From: an uncultured Pseudomonadales bacterium
GTDB taxonomy: Bacteria > Patescibacteriota > Microgenomatia > UBA1400 > UBA12028
Direction of reading: 5' to 3'
NCBI GenBank assembly: GCA_964509365.1
Contig: CAZDWN010000002.1
Span: 67,701-131,700, forward strand
DNA length: 64,000 nucleotides
Below the pieces are notes generated by a model that saw only the letters and a program-made list of their open reading frames with translations, was not told the DNA's origin and made no database searches. A program made the translations under genes and the position numbers. Shown here piece by piece: positions 54,136 through 63,648 of this stretch; position 1 is the stretch's first letter, and each line of letters begins with the position of its first letter.

Positions 54136-54795
54136 TTAAAGAGGGCGCATGCCCATCAATTTTGGAAACGGTGTCCCTTTGAGCGTGATGATAAACGAAA
54201 GCTTCTCGTCTCGTTTGGCGAAAATATGTCCAGTATGAGGGTCTTTCATCGGATTGACGTCCCACCATCGGGCTAGAAACCAACGGAAACTAAAATACCG
54301 AAACTCGTCATTGAACTCGTGATACGGATCCACCATGACGATCTCGTCAGCTTCGACATCGATGTGGGACACGATACTGTAATGTCCGAAATCGTACTGC
54401 TCAGGATGCCCGTCAGTGTCTTGGTACTCTTCCTCAATGGACTCGTAAAAGAGGTTTTGCCACTCTACCCCGACCGGATACTTGTAGAGCTGCACTAGAG
54501 CCTCGAGCTCCTGGACGGTCGTGTGCTCTTTGCACCACAGCTGCGCTTGAGGTGCCACGATCGAGACCGCCCGTCCAAGTTCATCAGGGCGAGTCCCTCG
54601 CTCATCGATAAAATCCCTGGCATTGATGGCATTGTCGATGTCTGGCTGCGAGACATTGATGTCGAGGTGCGTCAAGAGCATTTGGATGGTCGCCGGGCCA
54701 CAATGGACGTCATCGATCTGTTTCACTCGATGGAATTTGCTCAGTGGGCTGGTCTGGACGGTTGGGGCGATCCACTCGTCCCATGGGTTTGCCAT
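54136..54795 (-). CDS. papain-like cysteine peptidase (Peptidase_C39_2-like)
   Basis: Catalytic-type Cys context VHCGPATIQMLL and downstream His (FGHYSIVSHID). Start placed at MANPWDEW (54795). Confidence 0.45.
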   Translation of the reverse strand: MANPWDEWIAPTVQTSPLSKFHRVKQIDDVHCGPATIQMLLTHLDINVSQPDIDNAINARDFIDERGTRPDELGRAVSIVAPQAQLWCKEHTTVQELEALVQLYKYPVGVEWQNLFYESIEEEYQDTDGHPEQYDFGHYSIVSHIDVEADEIVMVDPYHEFNDEFRYFSFRWFLARWWDVNPMKDPHTGHIFAKRDEKLSFIITLKGTPFPKLMGMRPL

Positions 54796-54829
54796 ATGGT
54801 TTTGACCTCTCCTGTATACTATACCAGTT

Positions 54830-55207
54830 ATGGAACGCAAAATTCTCAAAGGAAAAGAAATTCAACGTAGTCTGCTTGGACTTGATGGTTTGACATTTGC
54901 TGAGGCAATTGTAATGCTTGCGGACCAGGGAGTTGATATACAAGTGAGTGCTCTGAAAAGTCAGCTCGAACACATTGGCTACGAATATGTGACCTTTGAT
55001 GACACGTATATCACAGTTACCAACGCCGAGCTGTTCGTAGCCGCATTCACTCCAGAGATTGAAAAAACTACAAAACGCCAGTTCAGCAATCCGAACCCTG
55101 TAGTCTCTAATGTCACGTTAGCGAGACGCCGAGCTGCACAAGATTCTGACACATTTCATTCAAACCTTCGCAAAGGTTTCGGAACAAACGGTGGATTTCG
55201 AGACTAA
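54830..55207 (+). CDS. hypothetical protein (125 aa)
   Basis: Intact ORF divergent from the peptidase and convergent with the ATP-grasp gene. No motif recognised. Confidence 0.3.
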   Translation: MERKILKGKEIQRSLLGLDGLTFAEAIVMLADQGVDIQVSALKSQLEHIGYEYVTFDDTYITVTNAELFVAAFTPEIEKTTKRQFSNPNPVVSNVTLARRRAAQDSDTFHSNLRKGFGTNGGFRD

Positions 55208-55208
55208 C

Positions 55209-56285
55209 TTACTCCAATTGTCTTGCGTATTTACTCATCATACTGGCGAGGACATCCTGGAATTTGATTCCATTGAGTGCCAACACTTCCGTAAATGGCA
55301 ATCCGATATCCGGTCCAAACGCAGTGTTTGGATTTGAATCGGTAAAGTACACCGTATTGGTCGACTCTTCGATTCGCAGATCAAACTTGGCGTAATCCTT
55401 AAACTCACAAGCTTTGAAGGCTTTGACTGCGAGCTTCTTGATCTTGGTCGCCAGTGGTTCTTCTGGGATGACATAGGTATATGCATCGCGAGCGTTACTG
55501 TACGACTCGAGTGACGTGAATTGATGCTTCCCGTCTGGTTTGAAATGAAACTTCTTCTGTCCGAGGAAGACATGTTTTTTATACCCGTCATCAAAGACGC
55601 ATGCGGTGACTTCAAGTCCATCAATAAATTTCTCCACGACGACTGGGATGTGATACAGCGTGAGCATTTTATCGACTTTTTTCTCTGCTTCGACGATCGT
55701 CTCTTTGACAGCTTTGTTATCGATACCGACACTTCCTCCGCCTTCATTGAGTTTCACGATCAGTGGGACCCCGAGTGTCTCATCGATGCGAGTTCCTGCT
55801 CTTCGTATGAATTGATATGGAGGGGTCGGAATATCGTACGAGAGGAGCATTCTTTTGGTGATGTTGCGACTATTACCGATCACCATGCCTTCGATGCCTG
55901 ATCCCGTGTATGGGATTTGTGCAAGCTCGAGCGCTGCAGGGACTGATGGCTGCAGCTTGTCACGACCACGCAGGGTATCGACGAGATTGAGCACGAGATC
56001 TGGTTTATCGACCAACAGATTTGTGAAGAAATATTGATCGCCAGGATATCCCTTTGCATGGATGCCCAGCTCGCCGAGCGCTTCGATGACTTCTTGCGCA
56101 CGATCTTCGACTTCAAGCTCTGCTTCGTACGATTCTTCAGTAGGAAACCATTCTCGATCGACATGACTGTACGCGACTGCAACCAATCGCAATTTTTTGA
56201 GAGCCTCTTTATCGATTGCGAGTTCTACTTTCTCTGGTTTGGCTTCTGCTTTTTTCTCGGGTTCAGTTTGTTTGACATCAGACAT
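55209..56285 (-). CDS. ATP-grasp ligase of the D-alanine--D-alanine ligase family
   Basis: Ddl-like layout: N-terminal pre-ATP-grasp domain (LRLVAVAYSHVD...), central GSVGID region, C-terminal FDLRIEESTNTVYFTDSNPNTAFGP. 358 aa. Confidence 0.55.
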   Translation of the reverse strand: MSDVKQTEPEKKAEAKPEKVELAIDKEALKKLRLVAVAYSHVDREWFPTEESYEAELEVEDRAQEVIEALGELGIHAKGYPGDQYFFTNLLVDKPDLVLNLVDTLRGRDKLQPSVPAALELAQIPYTGSGIEGMVIGNSRNITKRMLLSYDIPTPPYQFIRRAGTRIDETLGVPLIVKLNEGGGSVGIDNKAVKETIVEAEKKVDKMLTLYHIPVVVEKFIDGLEVTACVFDDGYKKHVFLGQKKFHFKPDGKHQFTSLESYSNARDAYTYVIPEEPLATKIKKLAVKAFKACEFKDYAKFDLRIEESTNTVYFTDSNPNTAFGPDIGLPFTEVLALNGIKFQDVLASMMSKYARQLE

Positions 56286-56371
56286 AAAAATTTCCTGCTA
56301 TGGGTACAGTGTATTTCATACTCACAGTAGCTCATTTTATTGTATGAATCAAGTTGTTATACTGGTCTTCT

Positions 56372-57493
56372 ATGTTCAAAAAATTACTCGCACTGTGTGC
56401 TTTTTGTATCTTCACATTGATTTGCATTCCGACCACTCGTGTACGTGCGCAAGGTGGGGCGCTCTCCTGCACTGTCGTCCAGTCGATGACTCCTTTGTCG
56501 AAATTGCCACTCAATGGAATAGCGACACAACTCCCAGCAAACTCTCCGATCTCAATTGGATCAAATTACTTGTATTCTTTTGATTTGAGTAATCCCGAGG
56601 GTTCCGTTGACCACATCCGATCAATCTATATGCAGATGCAGGCCGGTGCCAAGGAGCCTCTCGATATCTTGGGAGTACGATTTGTAGGCGGCACATGCAG
56701 CATCGATGCTGACAAGCGAATCAGTTGTGAAAATCTCGACTACCAATACCCGGGATCAGCCCCGCAAGTCATTGATGTCTTGGTGCGCGTCAATGGTCCA
56801 TCGACCAATGCCTACTCATCAGTACTCTTTGCGGTGTTTACTGATATCGGCAAAGCGACGTGCGCGTCAATGAACAAAGTGGATAGTCCGATCATCCCGA
56901 CAGCGACGCCAGGCATCGTACCGCAGGCAGTCACCAATCTACGAGTCAAAGGATATCGTAGCGTCATCGGCGGATACGTGCCAAATTACAAAGAAGCGGT
57001 GTTGACGTGGAATGCAATTCCCGGTATCCCATGGTATACCCTCGAGCGACAGAATGCCGAGACTCCATACTCCTTTGGAGGTACCAAAGATACGACCTAC
57101 GCCGTGAGATTCATGCCAGAGACGCAGTGGGATATCGCAGTGTACGCATCTGATATGAACTGGGTGCAAGGACTTCGCAGTCAGATTGTTCACGTCGCCT
57201 ATCCTGGCTATGATACGTTGCCAGCTGTCCCCGACTCGTATTCGACTCCATCGCCGACGAGCGCTCCGCTCGCTTCTCCGTTTGCTACTCCACAACTCAT
57301 AGCGACGCCTGTCATCACACCGAAACCCTATGACTCCACGAAAGTCGCAGTGCTTGAAGATAAAGTGAGTCAACTGGAGCAGAAGCTTCAGGATGTCCAG
57401 CAGACGAATATCGATCAGACGCAACGTATCGAGAAGACTGAGTCGCTCCTGACGCGCATTCGTAATCTCTTGACTCGTTGGTTTCGGATATAA
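56372..57493 (+). CDS. secreted hypothetical protein with C-terminal coiled coil
   Basis: Signal peptide MFKKLLALCAFCIFTLICIPTTRVRAQG. C-terminal heptad-like region (KVAVLEDKVSQLEQKLQDVQQTN...). Confidence 0.4.
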   Translation: MFKKLLALCAFCIFTLICIPTTRVRAQGGALSCTVVQSMTPLSKLPLNGIATQLPANSPISIGSNYLYSFDLSNPEGSVDHIRSIYMQMQAGAKEPLDILGVRFVGGTCSIDADKRISCENLDYQYPGSAPQVIDVLVRVNGPSTNAYSSVLFAVFTDIGKATCASMNKVDSPIIPTATPGIVPQAVTNLRVKGYRSVIGGYVPNYKEAVLTWNAIPGIPWYTLERQNAETPYSFGGTKDTTYAVRFMPETQWDIAVYASDMNWVQGLRSQIVHVAYPGYDTLPAVPDSYSTPSPTSAPLASPFATPQLIATPVITPKPYDSTKVAVLEDKVSQLEQKLQDVQQTNIDQTQRIEKTESLLTRIRNLLTRWFRI

Positions 57494-57502
57494 TAGGCGA
57501 CT

Positions 57503-58012
57503 ATGATCCGAAAACTGACTCAAGAAGACTGGAAGCAATACAAAGAGCTTCGGTTGCGCTCGCTGCAATCAGATCCTGATGTGTACTTTTCCACATTTGA
57601 CGAGGTATCCAAATGGCCGGATGGCAATTTCAAATCAGAGATTTACTCTCGTCCAGACAGCCGATTTGGCTACAGCGGATATTTTGATGGTGATTCACTG
57701 CTCGGGTACATTTCATTGTCTGGGCAATATTTTGTCAAGCAACAGCATATTGCTGATGTGTTCAATTTGTATGTTGACCCTGCTGCTCGAGGGAAAGGTG
57801 TCGCGCAAGCGTTGGTACGTGAGTTGATCGAGACTGCAAAGCGAGATGGGACGATCGAGAAATTGTTTCTCTCGGTGATGGGGCAAAATGTTCCAGCGAT
57901 TACGCTGTATAAGAGCTTTGGATTTGAGGTCTACGGCACCAAACATCGCTCGCTCAAAATCGGTGAGACGTATTTTGATGAAGTCCTGATGCAGCTTGAT
58001 GTACAAAAATGA
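57503..58012 (+). CDS. GNAT-family N-acetyltransferase
   Basis: Acetyl-CoA motif A region RGKGVAQALVRELIETAKRDG. 169 aa. Confidence 0.7.
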   Translation: MIRKLTQEDWKQYKELRLRSLQSDPDVYFSTFDEVSKWPDGNFKSEIYSRPDSRFGYSGYFDGDSLLGYISLSGQYFVKQQHIADVFNLYVDPAARGKGVAQALVRELIETAKRDGTIEKLFLSVMGQNVPAITLYKSFGFEVYGTKHRSLKIGETYFDEVLMQLDVQK

Positions 58013-58024
58013 TAGGATACGACT

Positions 58025-59248
58025 ATGAATCAACCACAAGTACTCAAAGGATTTCGAGATTTCTTGCCAAAAGAAAAGCGAGCGAGAGATTTTGTGATGG
58101 AAAAATTTGTCTCCACGTTTGCGGCGTTTGGATTTCAACCCATTGAGACACCTACGATTGAGTACAAGAGCACGATCATGGGAAAGTACGGCGAGGAAGC
58201 TGATAAACTCGTCTACTCATTTACTGATAACGGCGATCGTGAAGTCGCGCTTCGCTATGATCAGACGGTCCCGACGGCCCGCTTTATCGCCAACAATTTC
58301 AATGAACTCTCCTTCCCGTTCCGCAGATACCAGACGCAAAATGTCTTTCGTGCTGATAAGCCGCAACGTGGTCGATATCGAGAGTTCACGCAATGTGACA
58401 TAGATATATTTGGAAGTAGTGATGAGACTGCAGATGCCGAGATCCTCGCGTGCACCTACGCGGTATACAAGGCGGTCGGTTTCCGATCGATTCAGCTCGT
58501 GGTCAACGATAGACAGACACTGCTCTCTGTCCTGACTCCGTTCGCGACTGAGTCTGTGAGTGTGTTTTCTATCATTCAAACGATCGATAAGCTCGATAAA
58601 CTTCCAAAGGCTGAAGTGATCGCAGAGCTCGTCCGCAAAGGCTTAAGTGAGATCCAAGCTACGAAAGCGCTTGAAGACTTACTCTCCGTCGGTCCTTCTT
58701 CGACACTTGAACAAATCCTGTCACTCGCCAAAGAACTCGGAGTGGATGAATCGGAGATTACCTTCGAGCCGACACTTGCCCGAGGTCTTGATTACTACAC
58801 TGGGATGATATTTGAAGTGCGCATCCCTGAGTATACGGTCGGCTCAGTTGGCGGTGGCGGTCGCTATGATAATTTGATAAATCAACTTTCTGGAGTCGAG
58901 ATGACGGCGACGGGGATGGCGGTTGGGTTCGATCGTACGGTCGAAGCAGCGATTCAGTTTGGATTAGTGCCCACAGATGACGAATCTCAACGATTCTTAG
59001 TTACGGTTTTTGATCAATCACTGGTGGGTGAATCAGCTCGGGTAGCTCAAAGCTTGCGAGCCAAGGGTCTAGCTGTCGAGCTGTATCCTAAGTTTGCCAA
59101 GCTTGAAAAACAGTTTAAATATGCCGACAAAAAAGGTATCAGATTTTGCGTTGTCATCGGGTCACAAGAAGTGGAGTCAGGTACCATCGTCATCAAAGAC
59201 ATGCAGTCTGGTGAGCAAAGGAAAGTCACACTGTCAGAAATAGTATAG
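58025..59248 (+). CDS. hisS: histidine--tRNA ligase
   Basis: Class II aaRS motifs with HisRS-specific regions (LKGFRDFLP, RYDQTVPTARF, GGGRYDNL) and a C-terminal anticodon-binding domain. 407 aa. Confidence 0.9.
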   Translation: MNQPQVLKGFRDFLPKEKRARDFVMEKFVSTFAAFGFQPIETPTIEYKSTIMGKYGEEADKLVYSFTDNGDREVALRYDQTVPTARFIANNFNELSFPFRRYQTQNVFRADKPQRGRYREFTQCDIDIFGSSDETADAEILACTYAVYKAVGFRSIQLVVNDRQTLLSVLTPFATESVSVFSIIQTIDKLDKLPKAEVIAELVRKGLSEIQATKALEDLLSVGPSSTLEQILSLAKELGVDESEITFEPTLARGLDYYTGMIFEVRIPEYTVGSVGGGGRYDNLINQLSGVEMTATGMAVGFDRTVEAAIQFGLVPTDDESQRFLVTVFDQSLVGESARVAQSLRAKGLAVELYPKFAKLEKQFKYADKKGIRFCVVIGSQEVESGTIVIKDMQSGEQRKVTLSEIV

Positions 59249-59260
59249 GATGGAGGAAAT

Positions 59261-59467
59261 ATGTCAGCTGAAAAGAAGGAAAAAGTAAAGTTTGTGAGTG
59301 AATGGCCGACTCTTGAGAAATCAGTACTTACTTTACTCACCTGGGGGAATCCCATTGCCTGGCCTGCGATCTTCTCGGGAGATTACAAAGAGTCAAAAAT
59401 ATTTAAAGACTGGACAGAAGGAATTCATTCAGCGATAAGTAGGGTGTCACCTCGAACTCGTGCTTAA
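59261..59467 (+). CDS. small hypothetical protein (68 aa)
   Basis: Intact ORF 12 nt after hisS. No motif recognised. Confidence 0.2.
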   Translation: MSAEKKEKVKFVSEWPTLEKSVLTLLTWGNPIAWPAIFSGDYKESKIFKDWTEGIHSAISRVSPRTRA

Positions 59468-60207
59468 CCCTCGAGTAATCTGACCAAGAGCCACAGGATT
59501 GCTGCGCCGATAAGAAACGGCAATGTCTGCATCCATTTCCGCTGCGTTTGAAAATCGGTATGAAGCTCTGGTATGAGATCCGCACACGAGATGTACACAA
59601 ACATCCCTGCCGAGAATGCGAGGAAGATCCAAGTAACATGCTGGACCTTCTCCAAGAAAAAATATCCCGCGAGAGCACCAGCCAAAGCAGTCAAACCTGA
59701 AAAAAAATTATAGAGCAATGCTCTTCCAGTACTAAATCCGCCTTCGACTAAGACACTAAAATCGCCTATCTCCTGTGGGATCTCGTGCGCACAGATAGCA
59801 AGCGTGGTGGTGATGCCGAGGGTTGGTGATACCAGGAATGCAGCTGCGATCGCGACTCCATCAATAATGTTGTGAAATCCATCGCCAAACAGCACGAGAA
59901 GTGCAGAGGGCTTTTTACCATGGCCATCGTCATGGTGATGAAACCAGAGGACAAATCGCTCAAGTAAGAAAAATGAGACGATGCCGACGAACATATATCC
60001 AAAGATAGCTTCAGGAGTCCCTGCTCGACTTGCTTCCGGGAGCAAATCAAAAAAGGCAGAAGCCAACATGACACCCGCTGCAAAACTGACCAAGGACGTG
60101 AGATTACTTTTGGTGAAGAAATCTTTCCAGACGAGAAAAAGTGCTCCTGCAAACGAGATGGAGCTGACGACAATACTGGCGATGACGATGAGGATCAATG
60201 TGCTCAT
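59464..60207 (-). CDS. zupT: ZIP-family zinc/iron transporter (ZupT-like)
   Basis: Signature HEIPQEIGDFSVLVEGGFS. Eight TM helices. His-rich loop (HHHDDGHGKK). 247 aa. Confidence 0.8.
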   Translation of the reverse strand: MSTLILIVIASIVVSSISFAGALFLVWKDFFTKSNLTSLVSFAAGVMLASAFFDLLPEASRAGTPEAIFGYMFVGIVSFFLLERFVLWFHHHDDGHGKKPSALLVLFGDGFHNIIDGVAIAAAFLVSPTLGITTTLAICAHEIPQEIGDFSVLVEGGFSTGRALLYNFFSGLTALAGALAGYFFLEKVQHVTWIFLAFSAGMFVYISCADLIPELHTDFQTQRKWMQTLPFLIGAAILWLLVRLLEG

Positions 60208-60272
60208 GCGAGAATTATACGCAACTGAGTTGCGTAATGTCTAGAGCCGAAAAAAATGATAGCATCAATGCT

Positions 60273-61364
60273 ATGTTCAAACGAATACTATCGATACTCA
60301 TCCTTTTCTTGTGTTCTGCCGGGATGGTACACGCCAAGGGACCTTCTGACTACACGTACGCCACTGGTAGAGTAACAAGAATTATTGAGCAGACGGAAAT
60401 CCGCCGTAATCGCGATGTGAGCTACACCCAAAAACTGGAAATTACCGATGACAAGACCAAAAACTCGAGCCAGACCCAAGTTGGGAGTGAGACGATTCCG
60501 CTTGCTCCAGAACAACTGTATTCCGTAGGGCAACGAATCGTCATCGTTACGGATACTTCGAATGGTCAGGTTCACATCAATATTGCAGATCAATATCGTG
60601 TCCCAACAATGCTGGCGTTAAGCTTCGGATTCTTGATTGTCGTACTCGCGGTTGCTCGATTCAAAGGTTTGACGGCGCTGATAGGTATGCTGCTCTCGCT
60701 GGCGGTGCTCTTTTATTACATGGTGCCTCAGATTTTGTCGGGAGCCAATCCAGTGTTTATCAGTGTGATTGCATCAGGGATGATCAGCAGTTTGATCATC
60801 TATATCGGTCACGGATTCAACTACCGTTCCCACGTAGCGCTATTTTGCATGCTGACGACATTGGCAGTTGTGGCGCTTTTATCTTCAGTCGTTGTACATA
60901 GTGCATACCTCACTGGTCTTGGCGATGAGACCGCCACCTATTTGCAGTTTCCTGGAGTCCAAGCGATCAACCTGCAAGGTCTCTTACTTGGCGGTATCAT
61001 TTTGGCGGCATTAAGCGTCTTGGATGATAGTGTGGTCTCGCAAGTTTCTGTGATCTATCAGCTCAAAGAAGTGAAACCGTCGATTTCATTTCGAGAGCTC
61101 TGGACCCGTGGGATGGAAGTCGGGAGTGATCATATCTCTACGCTCGTAAATACGTTGATCCTTGCGTATGCTGGTGCCGCCTTACCACTCTTTATTTTAC
61201 TGTCGGTCAACACGACTGGTCAGCCGATTTGGGTGTCATTAAATGGTCAGACGATTGCTGAAGAAGTGGTTCGGACACTCACTGGTTCAATCGGATTGGT
61301 CTTGTCTATTCCGCTGACGACATTGGTCGCAAGTTATGTCGTGGGTAAAAGAAAATCAAAGTAA
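60273..61364 (+). CDS. YibE/F-like membrane protein
   Basis: Start at MFKRILSILILFLCSAGMVHA (signal peptide). N-terminal extracytoplasmic domain followed by 6-7 TM helices. YibE/F-like layout. Confidence 0.4.
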   Translation: MFKRILSILILFLCSAGMVHAKGPSDYTYATGRVTRIIEQTEIRRNRDVSYTQKLEITDDKTKNSSQTQVGSETIPLAPEQLYSVGQRIVIVTDTSNGQVHINIADQYRVPTMLALSFGFLIVVLAVARFKGLTALIGMLLSLAVLFYYMVPQILSGANPVFISVIASGMISSLIIYIGHGFNYRSHVALFCMLTTLAVVALLSSVVVHSAYLTGLGDETATYLQFPGVQAINLQGLLLGGIILAALSVLDDSVVSQVSVIYQLKEVKPSISFRELWTRGMEVGSDHISTLVNTLILAYAGAALPLFILLSVNTTGQPIWVSLNGQTIAEEVVRTLTGSIGLVLSIPLTTLVASYVVGKRKSK

Positions 61365-61868
61365 CAGTGCAATCTCATGGATCTTGCCATAGACTTTGCC
61401 GTAATCGGCCCAGCCTGGCGCGTCGACATCTGAGAGATCATACAGTCGATCAATCAATGCATGCATCTCCTCAGTCGTATAGTGCACGATGCCATCCAAG
61501 TCATCACTTGGCTTGAGTACCTCCCCATCTCGCTGTGTCGTCTTGAAAAGAAACATTGAAAGTTGCTTCTCATCCTTCTGACTCGTCAAATGCAGATGCA
61601 CGGTCTTTTCTGATTGCCACTCATCTTCGTTTCGACGTATCCCAAGCTCTTCAAAGAGTTCTCGTGAGGCAGCATATGCTGGCGCCTCATCACCTTCTCG
61701 TCCCCCTCCAGGAAGTCTCACAATGCCTTGTGGGTAGACATCCTTGCACCCGAGCACGTACTTTCCCTCGAGATCTTTCAGAACGATGAGAGCTCGATCC
61801 CCTCGAGTGAATGGCTTCGGGATTTTTTCAAAATGATACATGAGTCGTGTCTCTTGGTTTTGGTTCAT
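61356..61868 (-). CDS. NUDIX hydrolase
   Basis: Nudix box GGREGDEAPAYAASRELFEELGI. Start uncertain (61868, 61841 or 61928). Confidence 0.7.
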   Translation of the reverse strand: MNQNQETRLMYHFEKIPKPFTRGDRALIVLKDLEGKYVLGCKDVYPQGIVRLPGGGREGDEAPAYAASRELFEELGIRRNEDEWQSEKTVHLHLTSQKDEKQLSMFLFKTTQRDGEVLKPSDDLDGIVHYTTEEMHALIDRLYDLSDVDAPGWADYGKVYGKIHEIALLL

Positions 61869-61902
61869 AGATTCATTGTACCAAGCAGTACAATACAAGA
61901 GT

Positions 61903-62688
61903 ATGCAAAACAATTCTGCCTCGAGCAATAAAGGATCTTGGGACCACGTCGCGAGCTGGTATGACTCGATCGTCGGTCAAAAGGGTCAGTATTTCCACAC
62001 GCATGTGATCTTTCCAAAATTAGTGAGCTTACTTGAACTCAAACCAAACTTGAGAATTCTTGATGTCGCTTGCGGCCAAGGAGTGCTGTGCCGAGAGCTC
62101 GTGAAAAGTCACGCGGACGTCACCGGCGTCGATAGTAGTCCTCGCCTCATCGAAAGTGCCATGGGGTACGTCACCCCGACCGAGCGTAAGAGTCTTCACT
62201 ATTATGTCGACGATGCCAGATCGCTACATAAACTAGAGGAACAGACATTTGATCGTATCGTTTCGGTCCTCGCAGTCCAAAATATCGATCCGGTCGAAGG
62301 CATGTTTCGTCGCCTCGCTGAACTCTTGACACCTGGTGGCACATTTGTCGCGGTGATTTTGCATCCTTCTTTTCGCTCACCTCGTATCACTGGATGGGGA
62401 GAAGATACCGGAAGAAAGCTTCAGTTTCGCCGAGTCGATCGATATATGAACCCCATGAAGATTCCTATCGATATGCATCCAGGTCAAAGACAGCGACAAC
62501 TGACGTGGACCTATCACCGACCGCTTGAAACCTACGTGAAGCTCGGGGCGCACAATGGCATGATGATCGATGCCATGGAAGAATGGATCAGCGATAAGAC
62601 CAGTGAGGGGAAAAATGCCAAGATGGAAAATCTTGCACGATCCGAAATACCCATGTTCATGGCTATTCGTTATCGAAAAACTTCTTAA
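61903..62688 (+). CDS. class I SAM-dependent methyltransferase
   Basis: Motif I ILDVACGQGVLCREL and motif post-I VTGVDSS. Start at MQNNSASS (61903), divergent from the NUDIX gene. Confidence 0.7.
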   Translation: MQNNSASSNKGSWDHVASWYDSIVGQKGQYFHTHVIFPKLVSLLELKPNLRILDVACGQGVLCRELVKSHADVTGVDSSPRLIESAMGYVTPTERKSLHYYVDDARSLHKLEEQTFDRIVSVLAVQNIDPVEGMFRRLAELLTPGGTFVAVILHPSFRSPRITGWGEDTGRKLQFRRVDRYMNPMKIPIDMHPGQRQRQLTWTYHRPLETYVKLGAHNGMMIDAMEEWISDKTSEGKNAKMENLARSEIPMFMAIRYRKTS

Positions 62689-62993
62689 ATCATCGTCATA
62701 TTGATTTTTGAATGAAGTGCCTTTTGTTCAACCTTCGGAAGTTCATTCAGTCCTGCGCTAAATGCAGTCAAAAAATTGTCCCAAAGTACAGGGTGTTTAT
62801 AGGCATTTAAGACACAATTTATGAGAAGTCTATCAAGCTCGGGTGTGAGAACTAGATCAAGATTTATTGCTTCCGGCACTTTCAGCGTAGTATCAGAGAG
62901 GAAATCAAATCCAAGTTCTCCAAACTCGTGAATGTGTGAGAGGACGCTTCCAAGTGTTCTCGGTGCATATTCTGGCATACTTTTTCTCCCCAT
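62685..62993 (-). CDS. hypothetical protein (102 aa)
   Basis: Intact ORF with ATGA-type overlap to the upstream gene. No motif recognised. Confidence 0.25.
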   Translation of the reverse strand: MGRKSMPEYAPRTLGSVLSHIHEFGELGFDFLSDTTLKVPEAINLDLVLTPELDRLLINCVLNAYKHPVLWDNFLTAFSAGLNELPKVEQKALHSKINMTMI

Positions 62994-63009
62994 TTGCTAT
63001 GATGTGAGC

Positions 63010-63648
63010 ATGCGAAAGAATGCACTTTTCACAATCATACTTTGTATCCTACCACTTTGGTGGATTTTTCAAATCCTTTGGCTCCCTGGGTTCATGCATG
63101 TACTTGGTAATCTCGCGTATCGATTTGAGCCGATTCAGATCTCTGTAGAGACTGCGACCTCAGCTCGCAATCGAGCGTATGAATACGCGACGCGAGGAGG
63201 CAAGAGTAGTGACGATATCTATTTTACCGCTGCTGAGATCTCGCACCTTGACGATGTCAGTCGATTGTACAAGCCAACTGAGATCGTACTTAATACACTT
63301 GCGGTCTTTGCTTGGGCGATACTGTTCCTGGCTGTATACAGGAACGTTAATTTTCGGTTTGCCTTGCAGTTATCAGGAAAAATCCTTGCTGGCTTGCTGA
63401 TCGCCTGGTCAACTGGTCTCCTATTTTTCTCGATTTTCTTTGAAAAGTTTCACGAACTGCTTTTTCCTGGTGGGAACTGGTCGTTTCCTGCAGATTCCTT
63501 GCTCATTACCATCTTCCCCGAGACGTTTTGGAAACTTGAGCTTGGAGCAATACTGCTCTTTGTGTTTCTCTTTGTACTTTTGTACAGAGTACTGTCATCC
63601 TGGCTTGTCCAGGATCCTTTCGAAAAGATTCGGGATAAACCAGAATGA
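63010..63648 (+). CDS. DUF1461-like integral membrane protein
   Basis: Start at MRKNALFTII. Four TM helices with an extracytoplasmic loop. Resembles the TIGR01906/DUF1461 layout. Confidence 0.35.
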   Translation: MRKNALFTIILCILPLWWIFQILWLPGFMHVLGNLAYRFEPIQISVETATSARNRAYEYATRGGKSSDDIYFTAAEISHLDDVSRLYKPTEIVLNTLAVFAWAILFLAVYRNVNFRFALQLSGKILAGLLIAWSTGLLFFSIFFEKFHELLFPGGNWSFPADSLLITIFPETFWKLELGAILLFVFLFVLLYRVLSSWLVQDPFEKIRDKPE

